The notes: generated by a model not told the origin, from the sequence alone. 32,000 bases of DNA from Candidatus Nitrospira inopinata (GCF_001458695.1 NZ_LN885086.1:1380001-1412000), one strand, 5' to 3'. Positions 8,414 through 15,718 are shown, numbered from the stretch's first letter. Made by a program: numbers and translations.

Positions 8414-9562
8414 ATGATGAGGCGACAAAAAAATCCTGGAAGGGGAGCGTGGATTGGAGTATTGGGGTTGGGTGTGGCGGTGGTTCTTCCGCTTTTCTCG
8501 GTGGTCAAGGCGAGCGCCGAGTCGGAGCCGACCCGCTCGTTGCAGGATCTGTTGCGCCCCTTTTTCGGCGGCGAGAAGGAAGCCGCCGCAACCAAAACAT
8601 CGGGCGGGGTGGTGAAGTTGCCGCAGCTTCAGGGATTGGAGGACCCCAATGCCTACGTGCCGGCCGATAATCCGTTGACGGCGGACAAGGTCGAGCTGGG
8701 ACGGATTCTGTTCTTCGACAAGCGACTCTCCAAAAACAATACGATCGCCTGCGCAAGTTGCCACATGGCGGAGAAGGGGTTCACGGACGGCATGCCGGTC
8801 TCGACCGGCATCAACGGTCTCAAGGGCGGGCGGAGCGCTCCGGCGTCAATCAACCGGGTATTCAGCAAGGCGCAGTTCTGGGACGGACGGGCGGCGACGC
8901 TGGAGGATCAGTCCATCGGTCCCTTCATCAATCCGGTGGAGCACGGATTCGCCAATCATGACGAGATGATCGCCAAGATGAAGCAGATTCCCGGTTACCG
9001 GAAGCTGTTTCAGGACGTCTTCGGCCGTGAGATCAACATCCAGGACGTCGGACGCGCCATTGCGAGCTTTCAGCGAACCATCCTTTCAGGGAACAGTCCG
9101 GTGGACAAATTCGACATCGGGGGAGATGAGAAGGCGCTGAGTGAATCGGCCCAACGGGGACTTGAGCTGTTCCGCGGCAAGGCACGCTGCACCCGTTGTC
9201 ATTCGGGTTTCAACTTTACCGATGAGAAGTTCCACAACCTGGGAATAGGCTGGGATACGAACACGGTGGACTTGGGCCGTTACATGGAGACGAAGAATCC
9301 GGAGGACGTTGCGGCGTTCAAGACGCCGACGTTGCGCGAGATCGCCAGGACCGCCCCCTACATGCACGACGGACGGTTTAAAACGCTCGAGGAAGTGGTG
9401 GAGTTCTACAACAAAGGCGGCATCAAGAATCCGTTTTTGGACAACACGATCATCCCATTGGAGTTGACGGAGCAGGAGAAGAAGGACCTGGTGGCCATGC
9501 TCAAGTCGTTGAACGGCGAGGGGTGGCAGCACGTGTCCGAGCCCAAATCGTTTCCAAAGTAA
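8414..9562 (+). CDS. ccp: Di-haem cytochrome c peroxidase (CCP/MauG family), secreted
   Basis: Two CxxCH haem motifs (CASCHM, CTRCHS) and 'FWDGRA' and 'APYMHDG' blocks. Signal peptide follows the 'MMRRQKNPG' start. SD GAGGAGG lies before the ATG at 8414. Confidence 0.9.
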   Translation: MMRRQKNPGRGAWIGVLGLGVAVVLPLFSVVKASAESEPTRSLQDLLRPFFGGEKEAAATKTSGGVVKLPQLQGLEDPNAYVPADNPLTADKVELGRILFFDKRLSKNNTIACASCHMAEKGFTDGMPVSTGINGLKGGRSAPASINRVFSKAQFWDGRAATLEDQSIGPFINPVEHGFANHDEMIAKMKQIPGYRKLFQDVFGREINIQDVGRAIASFQRTILSGNSPVDKFDIGGDEKALSESAQRGLELFRGKARCTRCHSGFNFTDEKFHNLGIGWDTNTVDLGRYMETKNPEDVAAFKTPTLREIARTAPYMHDGRFKTLEEVVEFYNKGGIKNPFLDNTIIPLELTEQEKKDLVAMLKSLNGEGWQHVSEPKSFPK

Positions 9563-9590
9563 GAAGTACGTTTGCTTGCCGATGTTTTGC

Positions 9591-9640
9591 GAGAAGGGGC
9601 TCTCTCCGTCAGTGCGGAGAGGGCCTCTTTTCGTTTGTCC
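9591..9640 (+). terminator. Terminator-like long hairpin with T-rich tail after ccp, overlapping the stop codon of the convergent mscS-like gene
   Basis: GAGAAGGGGCTCTCTCCG-tcagtg-CGGAGAGGGCCTCTTTTC (includes G:U pairs), followed by GTTTGT. Confidence 0.5.
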
Positions 9641-10502
9641 GATCCGACGGGGCATCAAGTTCAAGTTGCCGGGACGAGAGGGCGAGGTCGGCCAGATAGC
9701 GACGGACGATGGCCTGTTCGACGCGGGATCGTCCCCGGTCGGGAGCGGGAAATCGCAGGACGAATTGCATCTTGCCCGGTTCGAGCAATTGGATGGTCAC
9801 GCGCGGTTCGGGGGACGGCGCTTCGAGCAGATTGGTTTGCTCGAGCCGTTTCATTTGGCGAGCCGCTTCTTCCATATATTGGGCGCACTCCTGCCTCGCG
9901 GCGGTCAAGAGGAGGTGTTCGGCGCGTTGCCAGTCGTCATCGGCTTTGAAGGGAACAATCAGCGTGTACAGGCCGTACTCGAGCTCGGAGTTTTCCTTGA
10001 TCAGGGCGTTTGAGAACAACATGCTGTTGGGGAAAGTGATCACGCGGCCCGTATACAAGTGGGCGGATTGCCCGGGCCCGATTTCCAGCAGCTTCGTCGT
10101 GAAGATGTCGTGATCGAGCACGACGCCGCGCTGACCGGCGATTTGAACGCGGTCTCCCACCGTATAGACCTTGCCGCCCACCCGCAACGCAGCGCCGATC
10201 CAACACAGGATCAGCTCCTTGGTCGCCAACACCAGGGCCACCGCCAAGGCGACGAGTGAGACGGTGAAGGCGTGGAGTTCATGCGCCCAGATGGTGACCA
10301 AGCCGATGAAAAACGCGAATACCAGGGAGTTTCTGGTCGTCACGACCCATCGCCGTTTCGCTTCCATTGACAGGGCATGATTTTTGGTGATCCACCGCAC
10401 CACCAGGGCTCTGGTGACGAGAAGCGCGATGAGCATGATGAGGGATTTGAGTATGTCGAGGAGGACCGAACTGTCGATCTGAATCCAACCAAACTGCATC
10501 AT
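9609..10502 (-). CDS. Mechanosensitive ion channel family protein (MscS-like)
   Basis: N-terminal TM helices, then the MscS beta-domain block 'VGDRVQIAGQRGVVLDHDIFTTKLLEIG...GRVITFPNSMLFSNALI'. The start at ATGATG (10502) is preceded by AAGGAGG. Confidence 0.85.
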   Translation of the reverse strand: MMQFGWIQIDSSVLLDILKSLIMLIALLVTRALVVRWITKNHALSMEAKRRWVVTTRNSLVFAFFIGLVTIWAHELHAFTVSLVALAVALVLATKELILCWIGAALRVGGKVYTVGDRVQIAGQRGVVLDHDIFTTKLLEIGPGQSAHLYTGRVITFPNSMLFSNALIKENSELEYGLYTLIVPFKADDDWQRAEHLLLTAARQECAQYMEEAARQMKRLEQTNLLEAPSPEPRVTIQLLEPGKMQFVLRFPAPDRGRSRVEQAIVRRYLADLALSSRQLELDAPSDRTNEKRPSPH

Positions 10503-11083
10503 TCTCTTTCCGCCTCCTTGGGACGAAGCCCGCACCGGTCGGCCAACCGTTTGACCGGCTTGATTCTGTCAATACGAGGGGATCTTACCCGATCAAGCGG
10601 GGAATTGCCCATGAAAGCCGCACCTTGTGAAGCGTGCGTCCGTCTCTTCAAGAGAAGAGGTCGACCCCATTGACAGGTCGTTCTAATGGGCGTAGAGACA
10701 GACTCGCGGCCCAGGATTTCTTGATATGAGCGGGAGATCGGGCAGACCGCGCGGCTGCCATCCAGGTCTCTTGCGATTTCTCAAGAAAGGAGGGGTGAGA
10801 TGGAAGACGCGACGCCACCTGGTCCATCAGGCCCGTCGATGCCGGAGCTTGTTGTTCGTCGGCCTTGTTGTTAGTGATGGCGCGACCACGTGTGCTGCCG
10901 AGCCCCTGAAGGGGCATTCCGACAAGCGGAAAGAAAAGAAACGGTCGTGAACGCGGCGTTGCCATGCGACACGGAGTTCGTGATCAAGACGACCTCGCCG
11001 GAAGGACAGCATGACGACCCGGCATCGTTCGGGTCTTACGGGCCGTGACAATGGATTATCCGCTACGGCGTCCTAAGCGCCGG

Positions 11084-11126
11084 CCGCAGGCGGCCTCTCC
11101 GATGAGAGAGGCCGCCTGCGGTTTGT
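11084..11126 (+). terminator. Strong intrinsic-terminator-like hairpin (16-bp perfect stem, 6-nt loop, TTTGT tail)
   Basis: CCGCAGGCGGCCTCTC-cgatga-GAGAGGCCGCCTGCGG-TTTGT. No recognised CDS ends just upstream of it. Confidence 0.6.
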
Positions 11127-11196
11127 AAGCACCGACTGCGCCCCCAAAGCTTTTCTCTCGCCACCCCAACGGAACGCCACAAGCCATGTATTTCTT

Positions 11197-12225
11197 TTGT
11201 CGCTGGGATGCCCTACCATATGCGACATGGGCGAGATCAAACGAAGAAACAGGTTAACCTCCAGGACCGTCAAGCGGCGCAGACAATCAATCGGTATCTC
11301 CATTGGATTATCGGCCTCCGACCTGCAAGCTTCGACACCCCCCACCTCGGTGAGGGAGCTCCAACAGGCGATCGAAAACGATGGGGGGAAGGTCTTGGCG
11401 GCCTATCGTGAACCCTATGGAGGGCAGTGGTTGGTGTTGGCGGGGCTCCCCATACAGCTCGTTGAGCCGACTCCCTATCAACGGAATGTATCCGACACCC
11501 ACGTCAGGAAGTTGGAAACGGTGATCGGCAAGATCGGCCGGTTTCTCGATCCGATTCTCGCCGTGCGGATGCCCAAGGCGGATCATCCGGCGCGGTATTG
11601 GACGCCAAACGGTAACCATCGGCTCACGGCCATGCGAGCGTTGGGGGCCAAGAGCATCATCGCGATCATCGTGCCCGAATCATCGGCGGCGTATCAGATC
11701 TTGGCGATGAACACGGAAAAGGCCCATAACTTGCGGGAGCGGGCGCTCGAAGTGATTCGTATGTATCGAGAGCTGGCTCAATTTGATGGTGCGACGGAGG
11801 AGTCGTATGCGTTGGAGTTCGAGGAGCCGGCGTTGATTACGCTGGGGCTGTGTTATGAGGAGCGGCCTCGCTTCAGCGGCGGCGTCTATCATCCGGTGCT
11901 GAAAAAGATCGAGACCTTCCTCGCGCAACCGTTGAGCGCGGCGATGAATATTCGGCGGCAACGGGCCCAGACCGTGCTGGAATTGGATGAGATGATCGTC
12001 AAACATGTCGAGGCGCTCACGGCGAGAGGGATGACGAGCCCCTACCTCAAGAACGTTGTAGTCGCCCGTGTCAATCCCATCAGGTTTCGTCCCAAGGTCG
12101 CCGCTCCCCTGTCGTTCGATGAAGCGATGGAGCGGATGACGAAAGCCGCGCAGAAGTTCAACCCGAACGCAATCAAGCTCGACGACCTGGCCAAGGCGGG
12201 CGGTCCTCCGCCGGAGGCCGAGTAG
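11197..12225 (+). CDS. Stand-alone ParB/Srx-fold (ParB N-terminal domain) protein with helical C-terminal region
   Basis: 'LPIQLVEPTPYQRNVSDTHVRKLETVIGKIGRFLDPILAV' and 'YWTPNGNHRLTAMRALGAKSIIAIIVP' align with the two conserved ParB N-terminal boxes (GNHR in place of GERR). The start is uncertain (TTG 11197 or ATG 11227; no clear SD). Confidence 0.7.
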   Translation: MSLGCPTICDMGEIKRRNRLTSRTVKRRRQSIGISIGLSASDLQASTPPTSVRELQQAIENDGGKVLAAYREPYGGQWLVLAGLPIQLVEPTPYQRNVSDTHVRKLETVIGKIGRFLDPILAVRMPKADHPARYWTPNGNHRLTAMRALGAKSIIAIIVPESSAAYQILAMNTEKAHNLRERALEVIRMYRELAQFDGATEESYALEFEEPALITLGLCYEERPRFSGGVYHPVLKKIETFLAQPLSAAMNIRRQRAQTVLELDEMIVKHVEALTARGMTSPYLKNVVVARVNPIRFRPKVAAPLSFDEAMERMTKAAQKFNPNAIKLDDLAKAGGPPPEAE

Positions 12226-12297
12226 CCGGCTTGTTTCAACCGGGATCGGCTCTTTACAATGACGTTGTGTACGTGGCGATAGGAAAGGAGGGACGGT

Positions 12298-12645
12298 ATG
12301 AGTTTGGCTGACAATCGTTGTGTCCCCTGTCGAGGCGGGGTGCCCCCTCTACCGCCGGATCGTATCCAAGCGCTGTTGCAGGAGTTGGGAACGGGATGGT
12401 CGTTGAACGCCCAAGGCCACATCGAACGCCTCTATACGTTCAAGGATTTCGCCCAGGCGTTGGACTTCGTCAACAAGGTGGGCGCCGTCGCGGAGGCCGA
12501 AGGCCACCACCCCGACCTGTATTTGGCGTGGGGAAAATGCAGGGTCGAGATTTGGACGCATAAGATCAACGGCCTCACGGAAAGCGATTTCTACCTGGCG
12601 GCCAAGGCCGACCGGGCCTATGAGCCTTTTCGGACCGCCGCATAG
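12298..12645 (+). CDS. phhB: Pterin-4a-carbinolamine dehydratase (PCD/DCoH family)
   Basis: 'CVPCRGG', 'TFKDFAQALDFVNKVGAVAEAEGHHPDL' and 'V.IWTHKINGLTESDF' form the characteristic PCD pattern. SD AAAGGAGGG is upstream. Confidence 0.9.
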   Translation: MSLADNRCVPCRGGVPPLPPDRIQALLQELGTGWSLNAQGHIERLYTFKDFAQALDFVNKVGAVAEAEGHHPDLYLAWGKCRVEIWTHKINGLTESDFYLAAKADRAYEPFRTAA

Positions 12646-12686
12646 CGTCTGGTTGTCTCCCTTCATCACAGGAGAAGGAGTTTCAC

Positions 12687-14543
12687 ATGAGCGGCAGGGC
12701 TCGCGTCGCGCTCGTCAACATGCCGTTCAGTTCCGCCAAGTATCCGTCCATCCAACTTGGCACCCTCTCCGCCCTTCTTAAGTCCCACGGCATTGCGGTT
12801 GATTGTCACCATTTGAACGTTCGGTTCGCCCACCTGATCGGCGTGGAGTTGCACGAGCTGATCTGTGAAAAACGGGCGCTGTTCGGCGAATGGCTGTTTT
12901 CAGCGATCTTGTTTCGGGATAATCCAAAGCGGGCGGAATATCCGACGGTCTTCAAACCGGTCTTCGAACAAGCGGCGCGGGAGAGCGGCAGGCCGATCGG
13001 CTATTTCGAGGAGCTGGGGAATCGGATCGCGCTTCAATTCTTAACGTGGGTGCTGCGGACGATCGAGTGGGAGCGCTATCGCCTGATCGGATTTACGTCC
13101 ACGTTCGATCAACACGTCGCCAGCCTCACCATGGCTAAATTGATCAAGGACCTTTATCCGCACGTCACGATCGTCTTCGGCGGCGCCAACGTCGACGGCG
13201 AAATGGGGCTGGAACATCTAAGAGCCTTCCCCTTCATCGATTACGTGGTGATGGGTGAGGGAGAGACGACCTTTTTGCCGCTGGTTCATCACGTGCTGTC
13301 CGGCGGGGTATCCGGTGATCAATTGCCCGCCGGAGTGGCCTACCGAAAGAATGGACAGGTGGTCGCTGTTCCGAATCAGGCGCTGTTTACGGATTTTACC
13401 AAAGCCGGTCCGCCCGATTACGACGACTATTATCGCCTGTTGACGGAATTGGGCCACACGATGCAGGGGCTGGACCGCATTCTTCTCTACGAAGGCTCCC
13501 GCGGCTGTTGGTGGGGTGAGAAACATCACTGCACCTTTTGCGGGCTGAATGCCCAGAGTATGCAGTTCCGCGCCAAGACGTCTTCGCAGGTTTTGGAGGA
13601 ATTGGCTGTTCTGTCGCACCGATACGACGCGGTGCGGTTTCGCTTTGTCGATAACATTATTGATCTCGGTTATATCGAGAACGTCTTTGGCAAGCTCGCG
13701 GCGGACCGTTGCGATTTCGACATCTTCATCGAAACCAAAAGCAATCTACAAAAACACCACATCAAAACTCTGGCGGCCGGCGGCGTGAAAAGCATGCAGC
13801 CGGGCCTGGAGAGTCTCAGCCTCAATCAGCTCCGCGCCATGGACAAGGGCGTCACCCCGATGCAGAACATTGTGTGCTTGAAGTGGAGCCTGTATTACCA
13901 CGTGACGGTGCTCTGGAACATCCTGCTGGGGTTCCCCGGTGAAACCAACGAAGACTACCAGCGACAGCTTGATCTGATTCCCTCCCTTTTGCATCTTCAG
14001 CCACCGGAGGCGGTGGGAAAATTCTGGTTGCAACGATTCAGTCCCTATTTCACCCGGCCTGCCGACTATGGCATTCGCATCACCGGTCCGGGGATGGCCT
14101 ACGAGTATGTCTACGATGCGCGGCAGGTGGACCTAAAAAAGATCGCCTACGATTTCGAGTATGAACTCGACCACTGGCCGATCGATCCTCATCTGTACTT
14201 GGAGTTGGTTTCGGCGATCGAAGGTTGGCAGCGGATGCACAAGTCCGGCGACAAGCCCTTTCTGTACTACTCCAAAGCGCCGACGTATGTGACCGTTTAT
14301 GACGGAAGGAATCCCCAGGCGCCGACTCGCCGACGGTTTGAAGGATTGGCGGCGCTGGTGATTGAAATCTGCAATGAGGCGCCGAAGAACATGGCGCAGA
14401 TCCGGGCGGCGGTGGCAGGTGGAGCCGATTGGAGGGACGAGATGCTCTCTCCCGTTCTCACCGAGCTCACGAGCCAACGAATTCTGCATGAAGAACGCGG
14501 CAAATATTTCACGCTGGCGATTCCGGAAAATCCGTATCTGTGA
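12687..14543 (+). CDS. B12-binding-domain (class B) radical SAM enzyme of the RiPP-maturation C-methyltransferase type, with C-terminal RRE/PqqD-like domain
   Basis: N-terminus 'VALVNMPFSSAKYPSIQLGTLSALLK'. Cluster motif 'GSRGCWWGEKHHCTFCGLN' (Cx7Cx2C, nt 13506-13541). The C-terminal ~90 aa ('YVTVYDG...LAALVIEICNEAPKNMAQIRAAV...LTELTSQRILHEE') resemble a PqqD-like peptide-recognition element. SD GAAGGAG is upstream. Confidence 0.85.
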   Translation: MSGRARVALVNMPFSSAKYPSIQLGTLSALLKSHGIAVDCHHLNVRFAHLIGVELHELICEKRALFGEWLFSAILFRDNPKRAEYPTVFKPVFEQAARESGRPIGYFEELGNRIALQFLTWVLRTIEWERYRLIGFTSTFDQHVASLTMAKLIKDLYPHVTIVFGGANVDGEMGLEHLRAFPFIDYVVMGEGETTFLPLVHHVLSGGVSGDQLPAGVAYRKNGQVVAVPNQALFTDFTKAGPPDYDDYYRLLTELGHTMQGLDRILLYEGSRGCWWGEKHHCTFCGLNAQSMQFRAKTSSQVLEELAVLSHRYDAVRFRFVDNIIDLGYIENVFGKLAADRCDFDIFIETKSNLQKHHIKTLAAGGVKSMQPGLESLSLNQLRAMDKGVTPMQNIVCLKWSLYYHVTVLWNILLGFPGETNEDYQRQLDLIPSLLHLQPPEAVGKFWLQRFSPYFTRPADYGIRITGPGMAYEYVYDARQVDLKKIAYDFEYELDHWPIDPHLYLELVSAIEGWQRMHKSGDKPFLYYSKAPTYVTVYDGRNPQAPTRRRFEGLAALVIEICNEAPKNMAQIRAAVAGGADWRDEMLSPVLTELTSQRILHEERGKYFTLAIPENPYL

Positions 14544-14641
14544 TAATGGCCTTGGATTCCCATCCCGAATGGCAGTTTTCTGTTAGGCTGTGCTCCGGCA
14601 CGCCGCCGAGATCGCCGAATCGGCCGATGAAGGAGCTTGAG

Positions 14642-14758
14642 ATGCCTCGATGTGGTGTTTGTGGTGCGGACAAACAGACGAGTGAAATTGAAAGTAGGAA
14701 GAAGCCGATCACACGACGTCCAGATGGGAGGATATCATGGCGGAGCAGTATTTTCTGA
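14642..14758 (+). CDS. Candidate small ORF (38 aa; alternatively 70-72 aa from GTG 14540 / ATG 14546) between the radical SAM gene and hcp
   Basis: AAGGAG lies 6 nt upstream of the ATG at 14642. Peptide: MPRCGVCGADKQTSEIESRKKPITRRPDGRISWRSSIF. The same frame is open back to a GTG that overlaps the rSAM stop (GTGA), and its stop overlaps the hcp start by 22 nt. No family recognised, and the distal half has an atypically low GC3. Confidence 0.3.
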   Translation: MPRCGVCGADKQTSEIESRKKPITRRPDGRISWRSSIF

Positions 14759-15240
14759 AGATCGACGGGATTGAGGGCGAGAGTCGGGACGAGCAGCACA
14801 AGGGTGAAATCGAATTGGACTCGTGGTCGTTCGGAGGGGCGACGTCCGGTGCTCCCCAGAAGGGCGGCGGTGCGAGCGCAGGGAAGTTCGCAATCCAGGA
14901 CGTTCAGTTTACGGCGAGAATCAGCAAGGCGTCACCCATGCTCTTCCTCGCCTGTGCTTCTGGTCGGCGCATTTCGAAAGCAACCTTAACCGGTAGGAAA
15001 AGAGGCGACGGGCGACCTGTCGATTACCTCACGATCACGCTGACGGATGCCGTGCTCTCTTCCTATCAGCAGAGTGGGGCGAGTGGGGATGGAGGTGCGC
15101 CGATGGAGCAGGTCTTGTGCGCCTTCGGCAAAATTCATTTGGAGTATCGGCCGGTGAACGCCGATGGCTCACTCGGCGCGCCAGTCTCTGCGACCTATGC
15201 CGTGAAAAAATCCCGGCCTTCCAAAGTGGGGCGTCGGTAA
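14737..15240 (+). CDS. hcp: Hcp (TssD) type VI secretion tube protein homolog, orphan
   Basis: 'MAEQYFLKIDGIEGESRDEQHKGEIELDSWSFG', 'GGGASAGKFAIQDVQFTARISKASPMLFLACASG' and 'YLTITLTDAVLSSY' are near-collinear with P. aeruginosa Hcp1 as I remember it. SD GGGAGGA is upstream. Confidence 0.85.
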   Translation: MAEQYFLKIDGIEGESRDEQHKGEIELDSWSFGGATSGAPQKGGGASAGKFAIQDVQFTARISKASPMLFLACASGRRISKATLTGRKRGDGRPVDYLTITLTDAVLSSYQQSGASGDGGAPMEQVLCAFGKIHLEYRPVNADGSLGAPVSATYAVKKSRPSKVGRR

Positions 15241-15273
15241 CGATCGAAGACAAGAGACAGGGACCATCCGGTT

Positions 15274-15306
15274 CCGTTCGTGATGCGGCTTGCGCACCAC
15301 GAACGG
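15274..15306. terminator. Hairpin between convergent hcp and CMD-family gene (9-bp stem, 15-nt loop, no U-tract)
   Basis: CCGTTCGTG-atgcggcttgcgcac-CACGAACGG. Confidence 0.35.
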
Positions 15307-15321
15307 ACGTTGAGCGACCGG

Positions 15322-15654
15322 CTACATTGACAGTTTCTCCACCACGTTCCTCATTTGCACGCCATGAATGAGTGCGGCGCCGCCGCGGATGGCGCAAGCC
15401 ACGTGGACGGCTTCCGTCATTTCTTCGATGGTCGATCCTTTTTCGAGGGAAGCCTGCGTGTAAGCATCGATACAGTAAGGACATTGGACCGCATGAGCTA
15501 CGGCCAGAGCGATCAAGGCTTTCTCACGCTCGGAGAGTGCGCTCTCGGCGAAGACGGCATTGTAGTACTCCATGAACTTGTCCCACAGATTCTTGTTCCC
15601 CTTGGCCATATCGGCGAACTTATTGAGGTCATGGGCATGGTAGTACGAGTCCAT
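15322..15654 (-). CDS. Carboxymuconolactone decarboxylase / AhpD-like peroxidase-fold protein with CPYC motif
   Basis: 'LSEREKALIALAVAHAVQCPYCIDAYT...EEMTEAVHVACAIRGGAALIHG' is an AhpD-core CxxC pattern. From memory it resembles the peroxidase-like proteins that accompany some radical SAM pathways. SD AGGAGG lies before the ATG at 15654. Confidence 0.85.
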   Translation of the reverse strand: MDSYYHAHDLNKFADMAKGNKNLWDKFMEYYNAVFAESALSEREKALIALAVAHAVQCPYCIDAYTQASLEKGSTIEEMTEAVHVACAIRGGAALIHGVQMRNVVEKLSM

Positions 15655-15718
15655 TTCGTCCTCCTGTGTCAATGTGAGTTTGAAAAAGAACGTCTCAATG
15701 CTCAAATGGCAGGGGGGA

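Noticed and set aside
10648-10965. 105-aa minus-strand ORF and 74-aa plus-strand ORF (10726-10950) in the gap region
   Set aside because: Neither has an SD. Both are Arg/Pro/Ser-rich with no motifs, and they overlap each other antisense. The evidence is insufficient to call either one.
10975-11060. Possible SRP (4.5S) RNA: a 'CGCC-GGAA-GGACAGCAUGACG' segment reminiscent of the SRP domain IV GGAA tetraloop region
   Set aside because: The conserved flanks (GUCAGGUCC on the 5' side and GGAAGCAGC on the 3' side) are not matched, and I could not draw the expected long symmetric hairpin.
10536-11196. tmRNA, RNase P RNA or a cobalamin riboswitch in the 660-bp gap upstream of the B12-dependent rSAM unit
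   Set aside because: I found no tRNA-like acceptor/T-arm or tag-peptide frame, no 'GAGGAAAGUCC' P4 element, and no B12 box (…AGYCMGG-AGACCKGCC…) or GCCACUG core. An Infernal scan is still needed for a firm negative.
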